From contig NC_135253.1 in NCBI RefSeq assembly GCF_964204865.1, positions 14,322,001 through 14,386,000 on the forward strand: 64,000 nucleotides of DNA. Reading direction: 5' to 3'. This DNA is from Styela clava. Lineage: Eukaryota. Both the position numbers and the translations under genes were made by a program. Below, piece by piece: positions 57,601-64,000 of this stretch; position 1 is the first letter of the stretch; every line of letters starts with the position of its first letter. The notes below the pieces were generated by a model. That model searched no databases. It was given only the letters and a program-made list of their open reading frames with translations, and was not told the origin of the DNA.

Positions 57601-60600
57601 CCGAAGGTGTATGTTCCGCATTTTCATCTTGACAATGCTATGTTTTTGCTGCTATGGGTTTACCTGTCAGGTACGAACCAGTTCCATTTGACTAATCACT
57701 AATTCCTTTCAGAACTTTTTTTTAATATCGAGTTCAATCGATTTCTGACTGGAAAATATACTCATCAATAACGCTAAAATTATTTGTTTCATCATTGTAA
57801 GCCACCGTTTTGTCCACTGTGCAATTGCAAAACATAGCTTTATCTGTTTTGCTTTTCAACATCTTAATTATTGTATTTTTTATTATTATCAACTGCCTTG
57901 TTTTGCTCTACATGACTAAGGATTTTGTTCTTGTTCAATCAGTGAAATATATTTTGTTGTCCAACTTTCTGTCAAGCAACATCAAGCGCAATAAACTAAC
58001 TGATATATTTGGACAATACTTGGTGTGTTTTTCATGAAGTCAGTGGGATCGGGATGGGGATTGTTGACAAGTTAATTAAGGAAAGTGACATATATTACTT
58101 CATATTTTGGGAATGATTTTAAAAGTAAAAACCAAATCGCTACACCCAATGAGTGAGCTAAACAACAATTCGACCAACCATAACAAAGATAATACAACAA
58201 TGAATTTATTCTAGTTAGTTTTAACTAGGTTGATAACTTCACTAGTAACTGTATAGCAGATTGATATGCTAATGATAAGTCAGTTTTAAGCAGAATACAA
58301 GCATATATTAGATAGGCTATACAAGTTTGTGTTTGTGGAAAAATGCTCAACTTCGTTCAAATGGTAACATGATTTTCCGAGATCTGATGTATAACCTTTC
58401 CTTAGGGGTTTTGCATCTCCATTTCAATGAGTAAATTTGTGTTAGATTTGTTTCAGATTGTGTTACATACATTACAGCAGATTTTGTGAACATTGAGATA
58501 AATTTCTTAGAGTATGCCATTGAGAGATAAAGCATAGTAGTGTGCATACCGAAGAGTTTCAAGTCGAAAAGCTGATGCCAGGAGAATAAATGAACTACGG
58601 AATAACGAGACAGCAGCATTCAGCTTTCTCTATAGTATTGATAATGATCCTAATATGTTCTACATGCCCGGATGTTCTTTATCAAATTCACCAAATAAAG
58701 AGTAGCAAATTTACCAAATAAAAACTACCAGCAATACATTAGTTTTGAAGCTATGTTATTCTCAACTGCCTCATGTTGTCAGTTGTCACATGGCCTATCA
58801 CAATGTCATTTTACGGCCTTATTTGGATGCATGAGATACAATCTTAAATCAATGTGCATGGGAAAAAGAATTTAATCCCATGTCTAGCGCTAGCTCCTAC
58901 TGACTCTAGTTTAGCATTACTGAATAATAAGAAATGACTCACAGTGTCTGCAATAACAGGACCTGTAATATGTATGAATAAAAAATAAGAATATTTTGAA
59001 CCCAAATTGAAGATCAGCTTAAATCAGAGCCTGAATCAACCTTAATTAAAGAAGAAAAGATTAAGTTGTAAGTTGTACATGAAGTGCATCATATGAAAAT
59101 TGCTTCAACTAAAGTGAAATATCAACATTTTTGAGCGTTTATGGCCTTTCATTGAAAAAGCATGAAAAATGAAAGCTGAAACAAATTTTGACTTACATTC
59201 CTCAAATTCATCATCTGACACCAAGACTGGAACATCCTAAAATAGTTAGAACAAAAATAATCATCCAATATTAATATAGTCTGAAATCAGTAGATAGAAT
59301 TTGGATTAAACAAAATTTGAAATTAATGCTACATTAAAAAGATTGATTCAAAATTATTTATTTTTCATAAAATTTGCTATTTTGTAGTTAATTTATAATT
59401 CATGTTAAACTTTATTGGACACCCTACTAAATTGGACTACTGGATTATTTTGGTAATATTTTGACGTGATTAGTCTTGTTGTTATTGCTGAAGAGATTGT
59501 TATTGTGAAAAAATCGCTTTTATTCGCAACTAATAGACCAATTGATTATGAATACTTTGATTTTTTTTTCATTTCTCGCCGTGTCTCATGAGAACAGACA
59601 TTTCACCAAAAATGTTGCTATTTTTTTTTAATTACGGAAACACTTGTTATTCCTAGGTATTGCTTTCCCTCCTGTCAACATATTAATTAAAAGCTTACTG
59701 TATTTTATTTCTGATATTTCACTAGAAACTATATTAGATATATTTTTGTGCTTAAAATAATTGATATAAACAATTTCATGCTTTCACTATATTTAGGGAC
59801 CCAAAATTAACACTCAGCGACTATTTTGTAAATGACAGTTTGAAACCTACATCTTCATCTGCTTCTTTTTGAAAAGGCTTCCTTTTCTTTTTACCCTTCT
59901 TTTTTGGTTTACTGAACTTCTCTTTTCGGATTTCACTTCTATTCACTTCCATGCCGACTCCTTTGTCATGAGTTTCTAAAAAAATTGATAGTAGAAAAAG
60001 TAAAAAACATGAAAGAGGTATTGTCAATCAACAAATAAGAAAATTGATAAAGAAATGATCCTAGCTATAATGCATAAGATATTGATGCACAAAATTATTG
60101 CACGAAAATTAGATTTGCGGCTTTGCGCAATAGAATTTCTTTTTTAGCATCATCATGGAATAGAAGATGTAAACATTTGTCAGCCATGTCTTTCTCCAAA
60201 AGCTATAAAATGCTATGGGAAGTAATTGAATTAGCTAACTAATTCAATATTATACTAGCACATACTGGACAAGGAGGCATTGTCCAATAACCGCACAGCT
60301 TGCCTCGCTCAAGTGTAAACATGAAATTGTATTTCACACACAGTTTTCTTCACCCTATAGTAATGCTTTAGGACAAAGGATAAGATATCATTTTTATCCC
60401 AGGGGAGAGGGAAGCTTATAAGACAGCGTAATGATATGACGCACCAAGACTTATCACCACAATTGGTCACCAATCCATGTCAGGTATGTGATTATTTAGC
60501 CAGTTATTTATTCTTTTCAGATGCATGGACTTGTGGTGAAGAAAGCCATAACCGACCAGCTGTAACGTGAACCTTTATGTGGTAGTTAGAGTTAGCGATC

Positions 60601-63600
60601 ATCTTGCACAAAATGATCACCCACAGGATTCGAACCTGAAACCCATACAGGGTAATCAGAGTTGCAATGGCAAGTGTATTCCAGATGTTTGGCATGATGT
60701 GCCACCCCTGCCATTTGCTTTTTATCCATTGAAGAACCAAGCACAAAAAATAGTCTTTTTATAAGTGCAAACATCATCCAACTAGTCAACTACTATACCC
60801 AAACTGACCTAGTGTCTCGCTTTTCATCTTTTCTAAAAGTATATTCAGATTCTTTTGAATCTCAGCATCGTCTTTTTTGCATTTTATAAGCCCAGCATGT
60901 GCCCAAACCATTGCTTCTTGTATATGTCCAAGTTCATAAATACAAATGGCAATCTTCAAATATCCCTTTGACCATTCTGGATTCAAAATTAGACAACGAT
61001 ATGCATCAACATATCCTGACCTAATAATAAAAATATGAAATTTAAGAGTGATGAAATAGCAGCATAGAAAAACCTTTATTGAATGTATTACAATCATAAA
61101 ATTAAATTATTAACAGCGCCACATGGCTAAAACTGTCGCCATATTTTTTCAGAAACTAAATGCCCCAGCTGGAAGTGACAGAAACAAACCAAAAATTATT
61201 ATTTGGTATAAAGTTGTGTTGGTTCTTTATTCATAATTGGTATTTTCATCTCAATTACGGTAATCAATCCATAGTTTTTAGACCAAGAAGAAATCAAACT
61301 CAAAATTTTATTTGTCATACAAGATCAGAACAAATTTTCCGATATTGCGAGCTTACAACTCAACAAATTTCACAATTATTCATAATATACAATACTTCAT
61401 TGTCAGTTTAAAACAGATATAAAGAAAAAAATATTACTGGTAATCTTCTTTGCGAATCGCAACTTGGCAACGATTACTGTACAACAAGTAGTGGAAAGGA
61501 GCTCTATCAATGGCATAAGTATATTCTTCAAATGCTTCATCAAACTTCCCTTTTTTATAGAATTCGTTTCCATTTTTCCTGCCTTCCTCTGAAATCTTAA
61601 TTTAAAAAAATAACAAAGAAGATAATTTGAGAAATTGACAATATAGTTGGTGGGTGATAATGTATTGTACAGACTTCAAATCTTGGTTTATGCTATTTTA
61701 TAACTATATTTTACTGAATGACATAAAAAACAGAACCCAGAATCCCAGATCATTCGAAAAATATTCCATAGGGAACATAACTTTTGTGTAAACACTACAG
61801 TCCTAGATTAGTGAAACTTATGGGCACAACCATACACTAATAGAAGTTCAGGTGTTTAATTTTCTTCATTTTGGTAGAAGTTGGAGAAGTTAAATTTTAG
61901 TAAAAGTTTTGTAGAACCCAGACTATATAAAAAAGGGATAAATCTTATTTTTGGTCAAACATTGGTACTCTCAAATTAATCTAACATTTCAAACACTGGA
62001 CATGTTAAATTTCAGACTCAGAGTCCCTGCATATGGGCGGGTCGGCAACCTTTAGCACTGAAAGAGACATTTGCCATCCTTTTCATGTAACTCAAACCTA
62101 CTGAGCCGCAACAACTAATCTAATGTCAGCGGCTATTAAAAATCTCGGAAAACCACTTATGATGCAATATTCTAGTTTTTACCAAGAAAAAGCCAAATAA
62201 ATGATGAATGATGCAATAATTCAGTTCACGACAAATTGAGAACTTGGAAAATGAAAAGAAAATTCTTGTTTCGACAGATATGAATTACCTTAATGCGACC
62301 CCCTAACTTTCATTGAATCCCTACGGCTTCCCACAAAAAACTATTGTAGCCACTTTGATTAACGCGAAAAACAAAATGCCACATGCAGTTCCAGAACCAC
62401 AGGTTGCTGATTATTGCACTATGGAAATGTTTTCTAGCAGACATACCTCCGATAAATAATAATATTTTTCACTGTAGTGATGAGCCACTTCCCTGTAAAT
62501 ATTTCGAGCTTCGCATGCAACGATGTGAACTGTTTCTGCGAATTGACGGAAGCACAAAAGTGCAATAAGTACAACACGATCCACAACTTTGAAGAATACT
62601 TTATCATAATCCGGATAATCTTGAATGATCGAATAGATGAAATCACTAAGAAAAAAAAATAGGAATTTTTCGTTAGGGTTTCGTTAAGTTGCAAATTCAT
62701 GTTAAGCGAAACAAATACTATTAATAAATAACAAAATTAAAGACAGCATCCAAATTTGTTTGTTGGTGTTATTGATCAGTAATCCGTCAATTAGTAGTTT
62801 ATTTTTCCACCCTGGAGAAAATACATACTAAACACACAGATCTGGGGTGAAGGGAGAATTGGAAAACCAACACTGGTTATTAAATAGTGACATCTTTCAG
62901 AAAGTCTAACAGGAAATAGTATGAGGAGTAGTATGAGGAGTCGCGAAGGACATAGTGTGTCATCTATTCAGTAACACCTTATTGCTGAATTCAAGCAACA
63001 AATATAGCAAAGAAACAATATTTTGAAGAAATACTTAAACTACACAATCGTGAATAGAACAACAGATTAATGAGAGGAACTAAAGCAACCTTTTACTGAC
63101 CGCGTACCACTTTTGTGTTTTTTACCATGGCCGCGTACCACCGACGAAACCGCTTTTGTGGCGGGGAACAATGGCACAAGAAACGCTCTATGGTAGTATT
63201 TTATGTGGAACTACATCCATTTTTAGAGCTTCTTTTGTAGAAGAGCAAAGTTTCAACGTATTAATTATATGCAGTAACAACGTAATAATTGCGTGCAAAA
63301 TCACGAGAGAATTTTGCGTCGTTTACCGTCGGCTGTAACCCACGTACCACACAGGTTGAGAACCACTGAACTAGAGGAATGAGAAAAACCATTGGGAACA
63401 GCAGAGCTGGGACGCATAGTAGAACTGGCACATAGTTCGTTGAAGAGCATTGTTTCGCATGGCACAGGGTTGAGGACAAAACAGAATTTCCTGAGTACAC
63501 AGCCTACCAAGTTGTTGTTGAGTAGGTTATAAACACAGTTGGTCAAGTAACAAACAAAATGACATATTTGGGAAGAAAAAAGATAATATTGAATGTACTC

Positions 63601-63795
63601 ACAAAGCAATACTCAACTGCCCAACTTATTAGAAGGCCATGTCGCCCATGATATATATTGTCAAAGAAAATCATTAAAATGAAGTTAATGAATCAGCATT
63701 AAAATTATAGCTGATGTAAGTACTTACACCACTACTTTCATAAGTTCGTTCTGCTTCGTCTCATTCAGTGCTCTGTCTACTTCAGTAGAAGGAAT
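289..63795 (-). CDS. TTC3: TTC3-like (TPR / TTC3-DZIP3 family) E3 ubiquitin ligase, multi-exon, partial at both ends (start codon and C-terminal RING not in window)
   Basis: Exons, mostly GT-AG: 63795-63728, 62645-62447, 61595-61438, 61020-60809, 59975-59851, 59236-59197, 58962-58943, [44.6 kb intron], 14344-14288, 13833-13684, 13018-12825, 12413-12331, 11547-11378, 10950-10849, 10077-9982, 9847-9674, (phase unresolved), 8290-8214, 7586-7456, 6598-6458, 5715-5569, 4524-4443, 3681-3429, 2961-2807, 1975-1865, 1368-1153, 453-289. The peptides follow the vertebrate TTC3 domain order as I recall it: TPRs, second TPR block, Cys/His motif CKVPPIPTAIC..ISCDWSC..HLRCW..CYTPDC, YFQDFF..GPLD..GGLIAFL segment, coiled coil ending RAIKAE. 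Confidence 0.85.
1561..1745 (+). mobile_element. Same SINE family, partial copy
   Basis: GCTGGTCGGTTA...CAAGTCCATGTATCTGATACAAATAACT matches the family body; A-box-like GGCTGTGTGGCGCAA head. Confidence 0.55.
2155..2430 (-). mobile_element. Same SINE family, diverged copy
   Basis: Shares TTTCAGATGCA.GGACTT, CCATGTC and CAGGGTAATC...GCAAGTGTAT with the 60370-60712 copy; boundaries approximate. Confidence 0.6.
3104..3396. mobile_element. Degenerate hAT-like MITE
   Basis: Ends CAGTGGTTCTCAA ... TTGAGAACTG with subterminal GTGGCCC motifs; TSD not clean. Confidence 0.6.
4443..8290 (-). CDS. TTC3: TTC3-like exons 8290-8214, 7586-7456, 6598-6458, 5715-5569, 4524-4443
   Basis: Phase-matched GT-AG exons; FFLPDDLREEIDQFE and YFQDFFTVKGPLD..CGGLIAFLNSSPLF resemble the TTC3 segments F.VPD.LR..VEEFE and YFSQFLEEHGPLD..GGLKPFL. 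Confidence 0.8.
4781..5458 (+). mobile_element. Non-autonomous hAT (Charlie/Buster-like) element with a degraded transposase C-terminal remnant
   Basis: TIRs CAGGGTCGACCAACC / GGTTGGACAACCCTG; perfect 8-bp TSD CGCTAAAA; internal remnant SIFDST*..EQ.F..ISDSHM resembles the hAT dimerization-domain FGSTYLCEQ.FS / LTD.HL motifs. Confidence 0.8.
6683..6875 (+). mobile_element. Same SINE family, 3' half
   Basis: CAAGTCCATGCTTCTGAAAACAAATAACCGGCTAA...GCTGTCTTATCGGCTTTCCTCTCCCC matches the reverse complement of the 60370-60530 segment. Confidence 0.65.
9674..11547 (-). CDS. TTC3: TTC3-like exons 11547-11378, 10950-10849, 10077-9982, 9847-9674 (Cys/His-rich TTC3/DZIP3 conserved domain plus basic segment)
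   Basis: CKVPPIPTAICQYEAC..IYVNDLDFEGYFAISCDWSCKLSYHLRCW..CYTPDCHGKI parallels the TTC3 motif CKFPPVPDAIC..IYITDPDFKGFIRISCC..FHMNCW..CLTPDC (recalled, not aligned computationally). Confidence 0.88.
12331..13833 (-). CDS. TTC3: TTC3-like exons 13833-13684, 13018-12825, 12413-12331 (second TPR-like block ending GLLSWP)
   Basis: GT-AG exons in matching phases; FESYMEKATFYFLKDCYRDACKSYSLAI / LLYSRG..FGRIITEH / GLLSWPG resemble the central TPR region of TTC3. Confidence 0.8.
14288..14344 (-). CDS. TTC3: TTC3-like exon (KKSEEKKKIEEERRQLLLS), first exon after the giant intron
   Basis: TTTCAG acceptor and GTATGA donor; phase 0-0. Confidence 0.7.
16648..16915 (-). mobile_element. Same SINE family, diverged copy
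   Basis: TTTATCCCGGGAAGAGGAAAGC at one end and GATGGCAAGTGTGTAT at the other match the family. Confidence 0.5.
22262..22448. mobile_element. 187-bp MITE with 9-bp TSD (Mutator/MULE-like)
   Basis: TIRs GGTTTCATTACATTTGAACCC / GGGCTCAAATGTACGGTCACC; TSD ATGTGCTAT on both sides; internal CTAACCCTAACCC. Confidence 0.7.
23194..24034. mobile_element. hAT-family MITE (841 bp)
   Basis: TIRs CAGGGGTCACCAAACT / AGTTTGGTGGCCCCTG; perfect 8-bp TSD ATCTATAT; subterminal GGCCCG motifs. Confidence 0.85.
44764..44886 (+). CDS. GPCR exon 1 (short N-terminus + TM1)
   Basis: MDELDYYLRVVIGKDAGLIFLCVFGAVLNSVMLYMLLSKKQ, followed by a GTACGT donor. Confidence 0.8.
44764..57488 (+). CDS. Class A (rhodopsin-family) GPCR, ~1258 aa, with giant ECL2 and ICL3; chemoattractant/C3a-receptor-like features
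   Basis: Kozak caccATGG. Exons 44764-44886, 48791-48926, 51997-52217, 53004-53254, 53390-53421, 53650-53895, 54084-54229, 54423-55785, 55984-56232, 56340-56482, 56622-57488; all GT-AG, phase-consistent, total 3777 nt. Motifs: TM1 GAVLN, TM2 IALTD, TM3 LASMSVERC, TM4 W..AFVFVLP, TM5 GFFVPFSIIVFSY, TM6 FAICWLP, TM7 LNPAVY. Confidence 0.88.
48791..48926 (+). CDS. GPCR exon 2 (TM2)
   Basis: TTGCAG acceptor; IRSSVHTVYMVQIALTDLLVCAVWLVLTSVIIHNLLLETRDSPSY; GTAAGT donor. Not in the ORF track. Confidence 0.85.
51997..52217 (+). CDS. GPCR exon 3 (long ECL1 + TM3 with ERC motif)
   Basis: YTNIFLLASMSVERCAAVW; TTTTAG acceptor and GTAAGT donor. Confidence 0.88.
52554..52791. repeat. Tandem duplication, 2 x 119 bp, in GPCR intron 3
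   Basis: TAGCAGATATATCTCAGAATG...GATTTTGGCTA starts at 52554 and again at 52673, with 2 mismatches. Confidence 0.9.
53004..54229 (+). CDS. GPCR exons 4-7 (TM4 + most of the extended ECL2)
   Basis: Four GT-AG exons whose phases chain 0-2-1-1-0, all open. Confidence 0.75.
54423..55785 (+). CDS. GPCR exon 8 (end of ECL2, TM5, most of ICL3)
   Basis: Lies within the 518-aa ORF; TM5 VYVLVVNLVLGFFVPFSIIVFSY; CACAG acceptor and GTTAGT donor. Confidence 0.88.
55984..56482 (+). CDS. GPCR exons 9-10 (end of ICL3, TM6)
   Basis: 55984-56232 and 56340-56482; RVSRTVLAYVIVFAICWLPQRI. Confidence 0.85.
56622..57488 (+). CDS. GPCR exon 11 (ECL3, TM7, long C-tail, stop)
   Basis: TTGCAG acceptor; SVLLNPAVY followed by helix-8-like RDIRAYI; TAG stop ending at 57488. 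Confidence 0.88.
   Translation, partial: ALMGATDDICIKLISGTRLLSFISVLLNPAVYIMTQRDIRAYIRNSYCVTKLRHWYTKCTRKRHVRAEYNAARSRDNEETTDRKHDIELQIRHDQEIEKELSSNRQTNGARPNFRVASPQRMSSPQRPAIHARKNQSGTTHETFAPTTAILRRGATTIDEMKEEEEAAEESLEKEMKRIAAEEENCRKDDINKNWLESSEDDIISAKNTSGSGNKTSSSSSKSENFEEFWMRWLKSGGAELLSPANGNLSSTDTPSRIDPSLAELDDIVQTKIPNGTNNEISETMILK
57990..57995 (+). promoter_or_regulatory. Candidate polyadenylation signal of the GPCR
   Basis: First AATAAA I found downstream of the stop codon (~500 nt after it); further copies near 58.6-58.7 kb. Confidence 0.3.
58943..58962 (-). CDS. TTC3: TTC3-like 20-nt microexon (CPVIADT) preceding the giant intron
   Basis: TTACAG acceptor and GTGAGT donor; restores phase 1 to 0, as needed to join the exon starting at 14344. 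Confidence 0.6.
59197..59236 (-). CDS. TTC3: TTC3-like 40-nt exon (DVPVLVSDDEFEE)
   Basis: TTTTAG acceptor and GTAAGT donor; phase 0 to 1. Confidence 0.7.
59851..59975 (-). CDS. TTC3: TTC3-like exon, Lys-rich linker with NLS-like KPKKKGKKKRK
   Basis: TAG acceptor and GTAGGT donor; phase 1 to 0. Confidence 0.75.
60370..60712 (-). mobile_element. tRNA-derived SINE, near full-length copy
   Basis: On the minus strand: A-box-like GGCAGGGGTGGCACAT, B box GGTTCGAATCC (60626-60636), and body AAGTCCATGCATCTGAAA...CTCTCCCCTGGGATAAA shared with other copies. Confidence 0.7.
60809..61020 (-). CDS. TTC3: TTC3-like exon, TPR2-3 (SGYVDAYRCLILNPEWSKGYLKIAICIYELG...)
   Basis: TPR motif LNPEWSKGY; TAG acceptor and GTCAGT donor; phases match neighbouring exons. 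Confidence 0.85.
61438..61595 (-). CDS. TTC3: TTC3-like exon, TPR1-2 (ISEEGRKNGNEFYKKGKFDEAFEEYTYAIDRAPFHYLLYSNRCQVAIRKEDY)
   Basis: Clear TPR consensus (GN.FY..G.F.EA...YT.AI; LLYSNR); AAG acceptor and GT donor. Confidence 0.85.
62036..62416. mobile_element. Degenerate hAT-like MITE
   Basis: Ends GGGTCGGCAACCT ... AGGTTGCTGATTATTG; internal GAGCCGCA motif; boundaries approximate. Confidence 0.45.
62447..62645 (-). CDS. TTC3: TTC3-like exon (DFIYSIIQDYPDY...YYYLSE)
   Basis: Poly-T tract with TAG acceptor and GTATGT donor; open, phase 2 to 0. Confidence 0.7.
63086..63368. mobile_element. hAT-like MITE with truncated left TIR
   Basis: Right end GGTTGAGAACCACTG; left end begins CAACCTTT; flanks AACTAAAG / AACTAGAG; repeated CGTACCAC subterminal motifs. 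Confidence 0.6.
63728..63795 (-). CDS. TTC3: TTC3-like exon (IPSTEVDRALNETKQNELMKVV)
   Basis: CAG acceptor and GTAAGT donor; only one frame is open; its phase-2 end matches the next exon. Confidence 0.6.
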
Positions 63796-64000
63796 CTGTC
63801 AATGTTTTATTCTAATTTAATAGACACCTTCAAATAGGTATTAAATTGGTATTAGGACCAAATTGCAGATAGGTAAATTAGAAATTTAGTGAATTGGGTA
63901 TGCTATGAAGAACTGCCAATTTTAATCAGGGTAGATAAATGACAACAATTGGTTGTCGGTTGTCGGTTATACGGCTTTATTGCTCTAAAGACATAAAAAG

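Larger units (their letters stand above)
14345..58942 (-). other. Giant (~44.6 kb) phase-0 intron of the TTC3-like gene that hosts the nested GPCR
   Basis: GTGAGT donor at 58942 and TTTCAG acceptor at 14345. The flanking exons are in frame and continue the TTC3 domain order. I saw no TTC3-like exons in between. Confidence 0.75.

Noticed and set aside
60620-60712. tRNA gene suggested by the perfect B box
   Set aside because: I could not fold a cloverleaf, and it is the head of a dispersed SINE.
58943-63795. Separate small TPR-protein gene at the right end
   Set aside because: No terminal exon or stop was found; the last exon ends in a donor, and the peptide is the missing N-terminal part of the TTC3-like gene at the left.
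1-64000. CRISPR arrays, operons, phage or prokaryotic defence systems
   Set aside because: The DNA is eukaryotic with spliced genes; no regularly spaced repeat-spacer array or dense ORF packing was seen.

Overview
AT-rich, intron-rich animal genomic DNA. An invertebrate chordate such as an ascidian is plausible, but that is inference. No prokaryotic features are present. Manual splicing gives two interleaved genes. (1) A minus-strand TTC3-like E3 ligase gene spans the whole window. Its N-terminal TPR exons (58943-63795) join in frame to exons at 289-14344 across one apparent ~44.6 kb intron (14345-58942), and both gene ends lie outside the window. (2) A plus-strand class A GPCR (44764-57488, 11 coding exons, ~1258 aa) is nested inside that intron. 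It has a ~245 aa second extracellular loop (C3a-receptor-like), a ~490 aa ICL3, a ~255 aa C-tail, Trp in place of Cys3.25, and three in-frame internal splice donors that could shorten ECL2. The giant intron is CpG-rich while the flanking TTC3 regions are CpG-depleted, which suggests an unmethylated domain inside a methylated gene body. Also present are hAT and MULE-like MITEs with target-site duplications, a tRNA-derived SINE family and a 119-bp tandem duplication.
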